From Escherichia coli (GTDB lineage: Bacteria > Pseudomonadota > Gammaproteobacteria > Enterobacterales > Enterobacteriaceae), in the NCBI RefSeq assembly GCF_050320075.1, contig NZ_CP190018.1: a DNA stretch of 64,000 nucleotides. One strand, given 5' to 3'. The notes under the pieces were generated by a model. The model worked only from the letters and a program-made list of their open reading frames with translations. It did no database searches and was not told where the DNA came from. The number at the start of each line of letters is the position of its first letter. The stretch's first letter is position 1. Shown here in pieces: positions 29,448-49,924 of the stretch. The position numbers and the translations under genes were made by a program.

Positions 29448-30440
29448 TTACAGCAGAGAAGGGACGCTCTCGCGAACAGCTGCCGGCCATACACCACACT
29501 GAACCTGGCCGATATGTGGCAGTTGCAGCAGCAGCATGATCAAACGAGACTGCCCGATACCGCCGCCGATGGTCTGCGGCATTTCACCGCGCAGCAGCGC
29601 CTGATGCCACTCCAGCTCCAGGCGATCTTCGTCACCGGTCAGCGCCAGCTGATGCTTCAACGTATCGGCATCCACGCGGATCCCCATGGAAGAAAGCTCA
29701 AACGCATCTTCCAGTACCGGGTTCCATACCAGAATATCGCCGTTCAGACCCGCATGGCCCAGCTCTGACGGGGTGCTCCAGTCATCATAATCCGGTGCGC
29801 GCACGTCGTGACGATGACCATCACTCAACTTGCCGCCAATCCCGACGAGGAATACCGCGCCAAGATCTTTCGCAATCGCCCGCTCACGCCCTTTGGCATC
29901 GAGATCCGGATAACGAGACAGTAACTCCTGGCTGTGTACGAAGTGGATCTGATCCGGCAGGAACGGTGCCAGGCCAAACTCTTCGCTAACCGCAGCTTCG
30001 GTTGCTTTAATTCCCGCCCAGATCGCCTCTACCGTGCTTTTCAGAGTCGAGAATTGACGCTCGCCGTCGCCCATTACGCGTTCCCAGTCCCACTGGTCTA
30101 CATAGACCGAGTGCAACGGAGAAAGACGGTCTTCATCGGGGCGAAGGGCTTTCATGTGCGTGTACAGCCCTTCGCCCGCGCTGAAGTCGTGTTGCCCTAA
30201 GGTCTGACGTTTCCACTTCGCCAGTGAATGAACCACTTCGAACTGGGCATCAGGCAGAGCTTTTACTTTTACCTGCACCGCTTTTTCACAGCCCGACAAG
30301 TTATCCTGCGTGCCATCCCCCACACGGCTAAGAATCGGTGCCTGGACTTCGATCAGCCCCAGACGTTCTTCCAGTTGACGAGAAAAGTGAGATTTCACGA
30401 AGCTAATTTGACGTTGTTTGGCAATGTAAGCGGTTTTCAT
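29448..30440 (-). CDS. asnA: aspartate-ammonia ligase (asparagine synthetase A)
   Basis: 330-aa ORF beginning [19 protein letters not shown]. Confidence 0.95.
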   Translation of the reverse strand: MKTAYIAKQRQISFVKSHFSRQLEERLGLIEVQAPILSRVGDGTQDNLSGCEKAVQVKVKALPDAQFEVVHSLAKWKRQTLGQHDFSAGEGLYTHMKALRPDEDRLSPLHSVYVDQWDWERVMGDGERQFSTLKSTVEAIWAGIKATEAAVSEEFGLAPFLPDQIHFVHSQELLSRYPDLDAKGRERAIAKDLGAVFLVGIGGKLSDGHRHDVRAPDYDDWSTPSELGHAGLNGDILVWNPVLEDAFELSSMGIRVDADTLKHQLALTGDEDRLELEWHQALLRGEMPQTIGGGIGQSRLIMLLLQLPHIGQVQCGVWPAAVRESVPSLL

Positions 30441-30591
30441 TTTTTATACTCCTGCGTCCTGTTGCTTATGATTAAGCAACAAAAACCGACACACATGCAA
30501 TAATCATTCAATAAAAAGCCTCATGCACTTTTGATTCATTAAAAAATAGGGCTAAAATAGAATGAATCATCAATCCTCATAAGAAAATCCT

Positions 30592-31050
30592 ATGGAAAAT
30601 TATCTGATCGACAATCTGGACCGTGGCATCCTGGAAGCATTAATGGGCAATGCGCGCACCGCTTACGCCGAACTGGCGAAACAATTTGGCGTCAGTCCGG
30701 GGACAATTCACGTTCGAGTAGAGAAAATGAAGCAGGCGGGGATCATTACCGGGGCGCGTATTGATGTCAGCCCGAAGCAGCTCGGTTATGACGTAGGCTG
30801 CTTTATCGGCATTATATTAAAGAGCGCCAAAGACTATCCTTCCGCGCTGGCAAAGCTGGAAAGCCTCGATGAAGTCACTGAAGCCTATTACACAACTGGC
30901 CACTACAGCATCTTTATCAAAGTGATGTGCCGTTCGATCGATGCTCTCCAGCATGTACTTATCAACAAGATCCAAACAATTGATGAAATTCAGTCCACCG
31001 AGACACTGATCGTCCTGCAGAACCCGATCATGCGTACCATCAAGCCCTGA
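30592..31050 (+). CDS. asnC: Lrp/AsnC-family regulator AsnC
   Basis: 152-aa ORF divergent from asnA. Confidence 0.94.
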   Translation: MENYLIDNLDRGILEALMGNARTAYAELAKQFGVSPGTIHVRVEKMKQAGIITGARIDVSPKQLGYDVGCFIGIILKSAKDYPSALAKLESLDEVTEAYYTTGHYSIFIKVMCRSIDALQHVLINKIQTIDEIQSTETLIVLQNPIMRTIKP

Positions 31051-31139
31051 TCGGCTTTTTTAATCCCATACTTTTCCACAGGTAGATCCCAACGCGTTCA
31101 CAGCGTACAATACGCCACTCTTAATAAAGGTGGCGGTTT

Positions 31140-31583
31140 ATGGCAGATATCACTCTTATCAGCGGCAGCACCCTCGGCGGTGCCGAATATGTAGCAGAAC
31201 ACCTGGCTGAAAAGCTGGAAGAGGCGGGTTTTACCACCGAAACGCTGCACGGTCCGCTGTTGGAAGATTTATCTGCCTCGGGGATCTGGCTGGTTATCAG
31301 CTCAACCCACGGTGCCGGAGATATTCCGGACAACCTTTCTCCTTTCTATGAAGCATTGCAGGAACAGAAGCCCGATCTTTCTGCGGTCCGCTTTGGCGCT
31401 ATCGGTATTGGCAGTCGTGAATATGACACCTTTTGTGGGGCTATCGATAAACTCGAGGCAGAACTCAAAAATTCCGGTGCAAAACAGACAGGCGAAACTC
31501 TGAAGATCAACATCCTTGATCACGACATTCCTGAAGATCCGGCAGAAGAATGGCTGGGATCGTGGATTAATTTACTCAAATAA
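31140..31583 (+). CDS. mioC: flavodoxin-like FMN protein MioC
   Basis: 147-aa ORF immediately adjacent to oriC. Confidence 0.94.
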   Translation: MADITLISGSTLGGAEYVAEHLAEKLEEAGFTTETLHGPLLEDLSASGIWLVISSTHGAGDIPDNLSPFYEALQEQKPDLSAVRFGAIGIGSREYDTFCGAIDKLEAELKNSGAKQTGETLKINILDHDIPEDPAEEWLGSWINLLK

Positions 31584-31590
31584 GTATACA

Positions 31591-31873
31591 GATCGTGCGA
31601 TCTACTGTGGATAACTCTGTCAGAAAGCTTGGATCAACCGGTAGTTATCCAAAGAACAACGGTTGTTCAGTTTTTGAGTTGTGTATAACCCCTCATTCTG
31701 ATCCCAGCTTATACGGTCCAGGATCACCGATCATTCACAGTTAATGATCCTTTCCAGGTTGTTGATCTTAAAAGCCGGATCCTTGTTATCCACAAGGTAG
31801 TGCGATCCTAATAAGAGATCACAATAGAACAGATCTCTAAATAAATAGATCTTCTTTTTAATACCCAGGATCC
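31591..31873. other. oriC: chromosomal replication origin oriC
   Basis: DnaA boxes TGTGGATAA (31606-31614), TTATCCAAA (31645-31653), TTATCCACA (31786-31794); many GATC sites; AT-rich GATCT-containing 13-mer region at 31811-31860; lies between mioC and mnmG. Confidence 0.93.
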
Positions 31874-31961
31874 CAGGTCTTTCTCAAGCCGACAAAGTTG
31901 AGTAGAATCCACGGCCCGGGCTTCAATCCATTTTCATACCGCGTTATGCGAGGCAATCACC

Positions 31962-33851
31962 ATGTTTTATCCGGATCCTTTTGACGTCATCATCATTGGC
32001 GGGGGTCATGCAGGCACCGAGGCCGCGATGGCCGCGGCGCGTATGGGTCAACAGACTCTGCTTTTGACACACAATATCGACACTCTGGGGCAGATGAGCT
32101 GCAACCCGGCGATCGGCGGTATTGGGAAGGGACATCTGGTAAAAGAAGTGGATGCACTCGGCGGTCTGATGGCGAAAGCGATCGATCAGGCGGGTATCCA
32201 GTTTAGGATACTAAACGCAAGCAAGGGACCAGCGGTTCGCGCTACCCGTGCTCAGGCGGATCGTGTGCTCTACCGGCAGGCGGTACGTACGGCGCTGGAG
32301 AACCAACCGAACCTGATGATCTTCCAGCAGGCGGTTGAAGATCTTATTGTCGAAAACGATCGCGTGGTCGGTGCTGTTACCCAAATGGGACTGAAGTTCC
32401 GTGCCAAAGCCGTCGTGCTCACCGTTGGGACGTTCCTCGACGGTAAAATTCATATCGGTCTGGATAACTACAGCGGTGGTCGTGCTGGTGATCCGCCGTC
32501 CATTCCGCTCTCTCGCCGTTTACGTGAACTGCCGCTGCGCGTTGGTCGTCTGAAAACCGGGACACCGCCGCGTATTGATGCGCGTACTATCGACTTCAGC
32601 GTGCTGGCGCAACAGCATGGCGATAACCCAATGCCGGTATTCTCGTTTATGGGTAATGCGTCCCAGCATCCACAGCAGGTGCCGTGTTATATCACCCATA
32701 CCAACGAGAAAACCCATGATGTGATCCGCAGTAACCTCGATCGTAGCCCAATGTATGCAGGGGTGATCGAAGGTGTCGGCCCACGCTACTGCCCGTCGAT
32801 CGAAGACAAAGTCATGCGCTTCGCCGACAGAAATCAGCATCAGATCTTCCTTGAACCGGAAGGGCTGACCTCAAACGAAATTTATCCGAACGGTATCTCC
32901 ACCAGCCTGCCGTTCGATGTGCAGATGCAAATCGTCCGCTCCATGCAGGGGATGGAAAACGCGAAGATCGTACGTCCGGGGTATGCCATTGAGTATGACT
33001 TCTTCGATCCACGCGACCTGAAACCGACGCTGGAGAGCAAGTTTATCCAGGGGCTGTTCTTTGCTGGTCAGATTAACGGCACTACCGGTTACGAAGAAGC
33101 CGCTGCGCAAGGTTTGCTGGCTGGTCTTAACGCTGCCCGTCTGTCTGCTGACAAAGAAGGTTGGGCTCCGGCGCGTTCTCAGGCGTATCTCGGCGTACTG
33201 GTTGATGACCTGTGCACTTTAGGAACCAAAGAACCGTATCGTATGTTTACTTCGCGCGCAGAATATCGTCTGATGCTGCGCGAAGATAATGCGGATCTGC
33301 GTTTGACTGAAATCGGTCGTGAACTGGGCCTGGTGGATGACGAACGTTGGGCGCGCTTTAACGAGAAACTTGAGAATATCGAGCGTGAGCGTCAGCGTCT
33401 GAAATCGACCTGGGTAACCCCGTCGGCGGAAGCTGCAGCCGAAGTGAATGCTCACCTGACTGCGCCGCTTTCCCGTGAAGCCAGTGGTGAAGATCTGCTG
33501 CGTCGTCCGGAAATGACTTATGAAAAATTAACCACGCTGACGCCGTTTGCCCCTGCGTTGACAGACGAACAGGCGGCGGAACAGGTTGAGATTCAGGTTA
33601 AATACGAAGGTTATATCGCGCGCCAGCAAGATGAGATCGAAAAGCAGCTGCGTAACGAGAACACCCTGCTACCAGCGACGCTGGATTACCGCCAGGTATC
33701 CGGTCTTTCTAACGAAGTGATCGCCAAACTTAACGATCACAAACCGGCCTCTATCGGCCAGGCTTCGCGTATTTCTGGCGTCACGCCTGCGGCCATCTCC
33801 ATTCTGCTGGTATGGCTGAAAAAACAGGGTATGCTGCGTCGTAGCGCATAA
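31962..33851 (+). CDS. mnmG: tRNA uridine 5-carboxymethylaminomethyl modification enzyme MnmG (GidA)
   Basis: 629-aa ORF with FAD-binding N-terminus [13 protein letters not shown]. Confidence 0.95.
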
Positions 33852-33914
33852 CGCATTAAAAATGCCTGGTAAGCACCCGCTTACCGGGCAACGCATCAAG
33901 AACAGGTAATCACC

Positions 33915-34538
33915 GTGCTCAACAAACTCTCCTTACTGCTGAAAGACGCAGGTATTTCGCTTACCGATCACCAGAAAAACCAGCTTATTGCCTATGTGAA
34001 TATGCTGCATAAATGGAATAAAGCGTACAACCTGACTTCGGTCCGCGATCCTAATGAGATGCTGGTACGCCATATTCTCGATAGCATTGTGGTGGCACCG
34101 TATCTGCAAGGTGAACGGTTTATCGATGTCGGCACCGGACCAGGACTGCCTGGCATTCCACTCTCTATCGTGCGTCCTGAAGCCCACTTCACGTTGTTGG
34201 ATAGCCTTGGTAAACGCGTGCGTTTCCTTCGTCAGGTGCAACATGAGCTTAAACTGGAGAATATTGAGCCAGTACAGAGCAGGGTAGAAGAGTTTCCTTC
34301 AGAGCCGCCATTTGATGGCGTAATTAGCCGCGCTTTTGCCTCTCTGAACGATATGGTGAGCTGGTGCCACCATCTTCCTGGTGAGCAAGGCCGTTTCTAC
34401 GCGCTGAAAGGGCAAATGCCGGAAGATGAAATCGCTTTGTTGCCCGAAGAATATCAGGTCGAATCAGTGGTTAAACTTCAGGTTCCAGCCCTGGATGGCG
34501 AACGTCATCTGGTGGTGATTAAAGCAAATAAAATTTAA
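33915..34538 (+). CDS. rsmG: 16S rRNA m7G527 methyltransferase RsmG (GidB)
   Basis: 207-aa ORF, GTG start; SAM-MTase motif [10 protein letters not shown]. Confidence 0.94.
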
Positions 34539-35142
34539 TTTTTATCAAAAAAATCATAAAAAATTGACCGGTTAGACTGTTAACAACAACCAGGTTTTCT
34601 ACTGATATAACTGGTTACATTTAACGCCACGTTCACTCTTTTGCATCAACAAAGTAACGTGGCTTTTTTTGGTAAGCAGAAAATAAGTCATAAGTGAAAA
34701 TATCAGTCTGCTAAAAATCGGCGCTAAGAATCATCATTGGCTGTTAAAACATTATTAAAAATGTCAATGGGTGGTTTTTGTTGTGTAAATGTCATTTATT
34801 AAAACAGTATCTGTTTTTAGACTGAAATATCATAAACTTGCAAAGGCATCATTTGCCAAGTAAATAAATATGCTGTGCGCGAACATGCTCAATATGTGAT
34901 CTGAAGCACGCTTTATCACCAGTGTTTACGCGTTATTTACAGTTTTTCATGATCGAACAGGGTTTGCAGAAAAGTCGCAATTGTATGCACTGGAAAAATA
35001 TTTAAACATTTATTCACCTTTTGGCTACTTATTGTTTGAAATCACGGGGGCGCACCGTATAATTTGACCGCTTTTTGATGCTTGACTCTAAGCCTTAAAG
35101 AAAGTTTTATACGACACGCGGCATACCTCGAAGGGAGCAGGA

Positions 35143-36359
<1,217 letters not shown>

Positions 36360-36387
36360 TTTACCAACACTACTACGTTTTAACTGA

Positions 36388-36662
<275 letters not shown>

Positions 36663-36706
36663 TAAAGAGCAATATCAGAACGTTAACTAAATAGAGGCAT
36701 TGTGCT

Positions 36707-37177
36707 GTGAATCTTAACGCAACAATCCTCGGCCAGGCCATCGCGTTTGTCCTGTTCGTTCTGTTCTGCATGAAGTACGTATGGCCGCCATTAATGGCAG
36801 CCATCGAAAAACGTCAAAAAGAAATTGCTGACGGTCTTGCTTCCGCAGAACGAGCACATAAGGACCTTGACCTTGCAAAGGCCAGCGCGACCGACCAGCT
36901 GAAAAAAGCGAAAGCGGAAGCCCAGGTAATCATCGAGCAGGCTAACAAACGCCGCTCGCAGATTCTGGACGAAGCGAAAGCTGAGGCAGAACAGGAACGT
37001 ACTAAAATCGTGGCCCAGGCGCAGGCGGAAATTGAAGCCGAGCGTAAACGTGCCCGTGAAGAGCTGCGTAAGCAAGTTGCTATCCTGGCTGTTGCTGGCG
37101 CCGAGAAGATCATCGAACGTTCCGTGGATGAAGCTGCTAACAGCGACATCGTGGATAAACTTGTCGCTGAACTGTAA
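36707..37177 (+). CDS. atpF: F0 subunit b
   Basis: 156-aa ORF, GTG start. Confidence 0.96.
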
Positions 37178-37191
37178 GGAGGGAGGGGCTG

Positions 37192-37725
37192 ATGTCTGAA
37201 TTTATTACGGTAGCTCGCCCCTACGCCAAAGCAGCTTTTGACTTTGCCGTCGAACACCAAAGTGTAGAACGCTGGCAGGACATGCTGGCGTTTGCCGCCG
37301 AGGTAACCAAAAACGAACAAATGGCAGAGCTTCTCTCTGGCGCGCTTGCGCCAGAAACGCTCGCCGAGTCGTTTATCGCAGTTTGTGGTGAGCAACTGGA
37401 CGAAAACGGTCAGAACCTGATTCGGGTAATGGCTGAAAATGGTCGTCTTAACGCGCTCCCGGATGTTCTGGAGCAGTTTATTCACCTGCGTGCCGTGAGT
37501 GAGGCTACCGCTGAGGTAGACGTCATTTCCGCTGCCGCACTGAGTGAACAACAGCTCGCGAAAATTTCTGCTGCGATGGAAAAACGTCTGTCACGCAAAG
37601 TTAAGCTGAATTGCAAAATCGATAAGTCTGTAATGGCAGGCGTTATCATCCGAGCGGGTGATATGGTCATTGATGGCAGCGTACGCGGTCGTCTTGAGCG
37701 CCTTGCAGACGTCTTGCAGTCTTAA
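37192..37725 (+). CDS. atpH: F1 subunit delta
   Basis: 177-aa ORF. Confidence 0.96.
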
Positions 37726-37737
37726 GGGGACTGGAGC

Positions 37738-39279
37738 ATGCAACTGAATTCCACCGAAATCAGCGAACTGATCAAGCAGCGCATTGCTCAGTTCAATGTT
37801 GTGAGTGAAGCTCACAACGAAGGTACTATTGTTTCTGTAAGTGACGGTGTTATCCGCATTCACGGCCTGGCCGATTGTATGCAGGGTGAAATGATCTCCC
37901 TGCCGGGTAACCGTTACGCTATCGCACTGAACCTCGAGCGCGACTCTGTAGGTGCGGTTGTTATGGGTCCGTACGCTGACCTTGCCGAAGGCATGAAAGT
38001 TAAGTGTACTGGCCGTATCCTGGAAGTTCCGGTTGGCCGTGGCCTGCTGGGCCGTGTGGTTAACACTCTGGGTGCACCAATCGACGGTAAAGGTCCGCTG
38101 GATCACGACGGCTTCTCTGCTGTAGAAGCAATCGCTCCGGGCGTTATCGAACGTCAGTCCGTAGATCAGCCGGTACAGACCGGTTATAAAGCCGTTGACT
38201 CCATGATCCCAATCGGTCGTGGTCAGCGTGAATTGATCATCGGTGACCGTCAGACCGGTAAAACCGCATTGGCTATCGATGCCATCATCAACCAGCGCGA
38301 TTCCGGTATCAAATGTATCTATGTCGCTATCGGCCAGAAAGCGTCCACCATTTCTAACGTGGTACGTAAACTGGAAGAGCACGGCGCACTGGCTAACACC
38401 ATCGTTGTGGTAGCAACCGCGTCTGAATCCGCTGCACTGCAATACCTGGCACCGTACGCTGGTTGCGCAATGGGCGAATACTTCCGTGACCGCGGTGAAG
38501 ATGCGCTGATCATTTACGATGACCTGTCTAAACAGGCTGTTGCTTACCGTCAGATCTCCCTGCTGCTCCGTCGTCCGCCAGGACGTGAAGCATTCCCGGG
38601 CGACGTATTCTACCTCCACTCTCGTCTACTGGAGCGTGCTGCGCGTGTTAACGCCGAATACGTTGAAGCCTTCACCAAAGGTGAAGTGAAAGGGAAAACC
38701 GGTTCTCTGACTGCGCTGCCGATTATCGAAACTCAGGCGGGTGACGTTTCTGCGTTCGTTCCAACCAACGTAATCTCCATTACCGATGGTCAGATCTTCC
38801 TGGAAACCAACCTGTTCAACGCCGGTATTCGTCCTGCGGTTAACCCGGGTATTTCCGTATCCCGTGTTGGTGGTGCAGCACAGACCAAGATCATGAAAAA
38901 ACTGTCCGGTGGTATCCGTACCGCTCTGGCACAGTATCGTGAACTGGCAGCGTTCTCTCAGTTTGCATCCGACCTTGACGATGCAACACGTAAGCAGCTT
39001 GACCACGGTCAGAAAGTGACCGAACTGCTGAAACAGAAACAGTATGCGCCGATGTCCGTAGCGCAACAGTCTCTGGTTCTGTTCGCAGCAGAACGTGGTT
39101 ACCTGGCGGATGTTGAACTGTCGAAAATCGGCAGCTTCGAAGCCGCTCTGCTGGCTTACGTCGACCGTGATCACGCTCCGTTGATGCAAGAGATCAACCA
39201 GACCGGTGGCTACAACGACGAAATCGAAGGCAAGCTGAAAGGCATCCTCGATTCCTTCAAAGCAACCCAATCCTGGTAA
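37738..39279 (+). CDS. atpA: F1 subunit alpha
   Basis: 513-aa ORF; Walker A GDRQTGKT. Confidence 0.97.
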
Positions 39280-39329
39280 CGTCTGGCGGCTTGCCTTAGG
39301 GCAGGCCGCAAGGCATTGAGGAGAAGCTC

Positions 39330-41602
<2,273 letters not shown>

Positions 41603-41622
41603 CGCCTTAATCGGAGGGTGAT

Positions 41623-42042
41623 ATGGCAATGACTTACCACCTGGACGTCGTCAGTGCAGAGCAACAAATGTTCTCTGGTCTGGTCGAGAAAATCCAGGTA
41701 ACGGGTAGCGAAGGTGAACTGGGGATCTACCCTGGCCACGCACCGCTGCTCACCGCCATTAAGCCTGGTATGATTCGCATCGTGAAACAGCACGGTCACG
41801 AAGAGTTTATCTATCTGTCTGGCGGCATTCTTGAAGTGCAGCCTGGCAACGTGACCGTTCTGGCCGACACCGCAATTCGCGGCCAGGATCTCGACGAAGC
41901 GCGAGCCATGGAAGCGAAACGTAAGGCTGAAGAGCACATTAGCAGCTCTCACGGCGACGTAGATTACGCTCAGGCGTCTGCGGAACTGGCCAAAGCGATC
42001 GCGCAGCTGCGCGTTATCGAGTTGACCAAAAAAGCGATGTAA
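41623..42042 (+). CDS. atpC: F1 subunit epsilon
   Basis: 139-aa ORF. Confidence 0.96.
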
Positions 42043-42063
42043 CACCGGCTTGAAAAGCACAAA

Positions 42064-42094
42064 AGCCAGTCTGGTAACAGGCTGGCTTTTTTTT
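42064..42094 (+). terminator. atp operon rho-independent terminator
   Basis: agccagtctggtaacaggctggc hairpin followed by T9. Confidence 0.8.
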
Positions 42095-42394
42095 ACGCGT
42101 ATTGACCCGTCCTGAAGAGCGTTCACATAGATCCTGCTGATATAAAACACCCTGTTTTCCCGTTTATTCATTGATCGAAATAAGAGCAAAAACATCCACC
42201 TGACGCTTAAATGAAGGTACTGCCTTAATTTTCTGCAGACAAAAGGCGTGACGATGGTCGAAAATGGCACTTTCGTCAGCGGGGATAATCCGTTATTGAA
42301 CAATTTATCCTCTGTCCATTTCACGATGAAAAAAATGTAGTTTTTTCAAGGTGAAGCGGTTTAAATTCGTTCTCAAATTACAGTCAGGACGCGT

Positions 42395-43765
42395 ATGTTG
42401 AATAATGCTATGAGCGTAGTGATCCTTGCCGCAGGCAAAGGCACGCGCATGTATTCCGATCTTCCGAAAGTGCTGCATACCCTTGCCGGGAAAGCGATGG
42501 TTCAGCATGTCATTGATGCTGCGAATGAATTAGGCGCGGCGCACGTTCACCTGGTGTACGGTCACGGCGGCGATCTGCTTAAACAGGCGCTGAAAGATGA
42601 CAACCTGAACTGGGTGCTTCAGGCAGAACAGCTGGGTACAGGTCATGCGATGCAGCAGGCCGCACCTTTCTTTGCCGATGATGAAGACATTTTAATGCTC
42701 TACGGCGACGTGCCGCTGATCTCTGTCGAAACACTCCAGCGCCTGCGTGATGCTAAACCGCAGGGTGGCATTGGTCTGCTGACGGTAAAACTGGATGATC
42801 CGACCGGTTATGGACGTATCACCCGTGAAAACGGCAAAGTTACCGGCATTGTTGAGCACAAAGACGCCACCGACGAGCAGCGTCAGATTCAGGAGATCAA
42901 CACCGGCATTCTGATTGCCAACGGCGCAGATATGAAACGCTGGCTGGCGAAGCTGACCAACAATAACGCTCAGGGTGAATACTACATCACCGACATTATT
43001 GCGCTGGCGTATCAGGAAGGGCGTGAAATCGTCGCCGTTCATCCGCAACGTTTAAGCGAAGTAGAAGGCGTGAATAACCGCCTGCAACTCTCCCGACTGG
43101 AGCGCGTTTACCAGTCCGAACAGGCTGATAAACTGCTGTTAGCAGGCGTTATGCTGCGCGATCCGGCGCGTTTTGATCTGCGCGGTACGCTTACTCACGG
43201 GCGCGATGTTGAAATTGATACTAACGTTATCATCGAGGGCAACGTGACTCTCGGTCATCGCGTGAAAATCGGCACCGGTTGCGTGATTAAAAACAGCGTG
43301 ATTGGCGATGATTGCGAAATTAGCCCGTATACCGTTGTGGAAGATGCGAATCTGGCAGCGGCCTGTACCATTGGCCCGTTTGCCCGTCTGCGTCCTGGTG
43401 CTGAGTTGCTGGAAGGTGCACACGTCGGTAACTTCGTTGAGATGAAAAAAGCGCGTCTGGGTAAAGGCTCGAAAGCTGGTCATCTGACTTACCTGGGCGA
43501 TGCGGAAATTGGCGATAACGTTAACATCGGCGCGGGAACCATTACCTGCAACTACGATGGTGCGAATAAATTTAAGACCATTATCGGTGACGATGTGTTT
43601 GTCGGTTCCGACACTCAGCTGGTGGCCCCGGTAACAGTAGGCAAAGGCGCGACCATTGCTGCGGGTACAACTGTGACGCGTAATGTCGGCGAAAACGCCC
43701 TGGCGATCAGCCGTGTGCCGCAGACTCAAAAAGAAGGCTGGCGTCGTCCGGTAAAGAAAAAGTAA
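42395..43765 (+). CDS. glmU: bifunctional GlcNAc-1-P uridyltransferase / GlcN-1-P acetyltransferase
   Basis: 456-aa ORF; N-terminal LAAGKGTRM nucleotidyltransferase motif; C-terminal hexapeptide repeats. Confidence 0.96.
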   Translation: MLNNAMSVVILAAGKGTRMYSDLPKVLHTLAGKAMVQHVIDAANELGAAHVHLVYGHGGDLLKQALKDDNLNWVLQAEQLGTGHAMQQAAPFFADDEDILMLYGDVPLISVETLQRLRDAKPQGGIGLLTVKLDDPTGYGRITRENGKVTGIVEHKDATDEQRQIQEINTGILIANGADMKRWLAKLTNNNAQGEYYITDIIALAYQEGREIVAVHPQRLSEVEGVNNRLQLSRLERVYQSEQADKLLLAGVMLRDPARFDLRGTLTHGRDVEIDTNVIIEGNVTLGHRVKIGTGCVIKNSVIGDDCEISPYTVVEDANLAAACTIGPFARLRPGAELLEGAHVGNFVEMKKARLGKGSKAGHLTYLGDAEIGDNVNIGAGTITCNYDGANKFKTIIGDDVFVGSDTQLVAPVTVGKGATIAAGTTVTRNVGENALAISRVPQTQKEGWRRPVKKK

Positions 43766-43926
43766 TTCTGGCCGGGTAATACGGTCATATGGGATGAGGA
43801 GATAACATAATCTCCCGCCCACAAGCAGTAACTATAAAAATAACCCCACTCTCTACAAGGCTCGGGGTGCCCGAAAAAACGGGCATACAGGTTGACCGAC
43901 AACGATATAAATCGGAATCAAAAACT

Positions 43927-45756
43927 ATGTGTGGAATTGTTGGCGCGATCGCGCAACGTGATGTAGCAGAAATCCTTCTTGAAGGTTTACGTCGTCTTGA
44001 ATACCGCGGATATGACTCTGCCGGTCTGGCCGTTGTTGATGCAGAAGGTCATATGACCCGCCTGCGTCGCCTCGGTAAAGTCCAGATGCTGGCTCAGGCA
44101 GCGGAAGAACATCCTCTGCATGGCGGCACCGGTATTGCTCATACTCGCTGGGCGACCCACGGTGAACCTTCAGAAGCTAACGCGCATCCGCATGTTTCTG
44201 AACACATTGTGGTGGTGCATAACGGCATCATCGAAAACCATGAACCGCTGCGTGAAGAGTTAAAAGCGCGTGGCTATACCTTCGTTTCTGAAACCGACAC
44301 CGAAGTGATTGCCCATCTGGTGAACTGGGAGTTGAAACAAGGCGGTACTCTGCGTGAGGCTGTTCTGCGTGCTATCCCGCAACTGCGTGGTGCGTACGGT
44401 ACAGTGATCATGGACTCCCGTCATCCGGATACCCTGCTGGCGGCACGTTCTGGTAGTCCGCTGGTGATTGGCCTGGGTATGGGCGAAAACTTTATCGCTT
44501 CTGACCAGCTGGCGCTGTTGCCAGTGACTCGTCGCTTTATCTTCCTTGAAGAGGGCGATATTGCGGAAATCACTCGCCGTTCGGTAAACATCTTCGATAA
44601 AACTGGCGCGGAAGTAAAACGTCAGGATATCGAATCCAATCTGCAATATGACGCGGGCGATAAAGGTATTTACCGCCACTACATGCAGAAAGAGATCTAC
44701 GAACAGCCGAACGCGATCAAAAACACCCTTACCGGGCGCATCAGCCACGGTCAGGTTGATTTAAGCGAGCTGGGACCGAACGCCGACGAACTGCTGTCGA
44801 AGGTTGAGCATATTCAGATCCTCGCCTGTGGTACTTCTTATAACTCCGGTATGGTTTCCCGCTACTGGTTTGAATCGCTGGCAGGTATTCCGTGCGACGT
44901 CGAAATCGCCTCTGAATTCCGCTATCGCAAATCTGCCGTGCGTCGTAACAGCCTGATGATCACCTTGTCACAGTCTGGCGAAACCGCGGATACCCTGGCT
45001 GGCCTGCGTCTGTCGAAAGAGCTGGGTTACCTTGGTTCACTGGCAATCTGTAACGTTCCGGGTTCTTCGCTGGTACGCGAATCCGATCTGGCGCTAATGA
45101 CCAACGCGGGTACAGAAATCGGCGTGGCGTCCACTAAAGCATTCACCACCCAGTTAACCGTGCTGTTGATGCTGGTGGCGAAGCTGTCTCGTCTGAAAGG
45201 TCTGGATGCCTCCATTGAACATGACATCGTGCATGGTCTGCAGGCGCTACCGAGCCGTATTGAGCAGATGCTGTCTCAGGATAAACGCATTGAAGCACTG
45301 GCAGAAGATTTCTCTGACAAACATCACGCGCTGTTCCTGGGCCGTGGCGATCAGTACCCAATCGCGCTGGAAGGCGCATTGAAGCTGAAAGAGATCTCTT
45401 ACATTCACGCTGAAGCCTACGCTGCAGGCGAACTGAAACACGGTCCGCTGGCGCTGATTGATGCCGATATGCCGGTTATCGTCGTTGCACCGAACAACGA
45501 ATTGCTGGAAAAACTGAAATCCAACATTGAAGAAGTTCGCGCGCGTGGCGGTCAGTTGTATGTCTTCGCCGATCAGGATGCGGGTTTTGTAAGTAGCGAT
45601 AACATGCACATCATCGAGATGCCGCATGTGGAAGAGGTGATTGCACCGATCTTCTACACCGTTCCGCTGCAGCTGCTGGCTTACCACGTTGCGCTGATCA
45701 AAGGCACCGACGTTGACCAGCCGCGTAACCTGGCGAAATCGGTTACGGTTGAGTAA
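43927..45756 (+). CDS. glmS: glutamine-fructose-6-phosphate aminotransferase
   Basis: ORF 43867-45756; start trimmed to [12 protein letters not shown] (N-terminal nucleophile Cys), 609 aa. Confidence 0.95.
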   Translation: MCGIVGAIAQRDVAEILLEGLRRLEYRGYDSAGLAVVDAEGHMTRLRRLGKVQMLAQAAEEHPLHGGTGIAHTRWATHGEPSEANAHPHVSEHIVVVHNGIIENHEPLREELKARGYTFVSETDTEVIAHLVNWELKQGGTLREAVLRAIPQLRGAYGTVIMDSRHPDTLLAARSGSPLVIGLGMGENFIASDQLALLPVTRRFIFLEEGDIAEITRRSVNIFDKTGAEVKRQDIESNLQYDAGDKGIYRHYMQKEIYEQPNAIKNTLTGRISHGQVDLSELGPNADELLSKVEHIQILACGTSYNSGMVSRYWFESLAGIPCDVEIASEFRYRKSAVRRNSLMITLSQSGETADTLAGLRLSKELGYLGSLAICNVPGSSLVRESDLALMTNAGTEIGVASTKAFTTQLTVLLMLVAKLSRLKGLDASIEHDIVHGLQALPSRIEQMLSQDKRIEALAEDFSDKHHALFLGRGDQYPIALEGALKLKEISYIHAEAYAAGELKHGPLALIDADMPVIVVAPNNELLEKLKSNIEEVRARGGQLYVFADQDAGFVSSDNMHIIEMPHVEEVIAPIFYTVPLQLLAYHVALIKGTDVDQPRNLAKSVTVE

Positions 45757-45760
45757 TAAA

Positions 45761-45790
45761 TGGATGCCCTGCGTAAGCGGGGCATTTTTC
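45761..45790 (+). terminator. glmS rho-independent terminator
   Basis: atgccctgcgtaagcggggcat hairpin followed by a T-run. Confidence 0.75.
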
Positions 45791-45963
45791 TTCCTGTTAT
45801 GTTTTTAATCAAAAATCCTGCCAACTCCATGTGACAAACCGTCATCTTCGGCTACTTTTTCTCTGTCACAGAATGAAAATTTTTCTGTCATCTCTTCGTT
45901 ATTAATATTTGTAATTAACTGAATATCAACGCTTATTTAAATCAGACTAAAGACTTTCTCTCT

Positions 45964-46003
45964 CTGTCATAAAACTGTCATAAACCTTACATATAACTGT
46001 CAC
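45964..46003 (+). promoter_or_regulatory. PhoB-binding Pho boxes of the pstS promoter
   Basis: CTGTCATAAAACTGTCATAAA...ATATAACTGTCAC: tandem CTGTCA direct repeats about 70 bp upstream of pstS. Confidence 0.85.
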
Positions 46004-46051
46004 CTGTTTGTCCTATTTTGCTTCTCGTAGCCAACAAACAATGCTTTATGA

Positions 46052-47109
<1,058 letters not shown>

Positions 47110-47110
<1 letters not shown>

Positions 47111-47144
47111 TAAAACTCCAGGCCGGGTACGGTGTTTTACGCCG
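47110..47144. repeat. REP (palindromic unit) element
   Basis: ggccgggtacggtgttttacgccgcatccggc resembles the REP consensus; intergenic pstS-pstC. Confidence 0.6.
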
Positions 47145-47193
47145 CATCCGGCATTACAAAATGACTTTGTAAACGCGTTTAACTGAAGAGTAA

Positions 47194-49046
<1,853 letters not shown>

Positions 49047-49052
49047 CACTTT

Positions 49053-49086
49053 GCCGGATGCGGCGTGAACGCCTGATCCGGCCTAC
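49053..49086. repeat. REP (palindromic unit) element
   Basis: gccggatgcggcgtgaacgcctgatccggcctac matches the REP consensus; intergenic pstA-pstB. Confidence 0.7.
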
Positions 49087-49097
49087 GGTAAGCCTGA

Positions 49098-49910
<813 letters not shown>

Positions 49911-49924
49911 TTCAGGAGTGCGTT

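Noticed and set aside
36814..38619. Long antisense ORFs (245 aa and 342 aa) opposite atpF/atpH/atpA
   Set aside because: They lie entirely antisense to highly conserved, strongly expressed genes with clear coding signal on the plus strand; such antisense open frames are an expected artefact of GC-rich codon usage.
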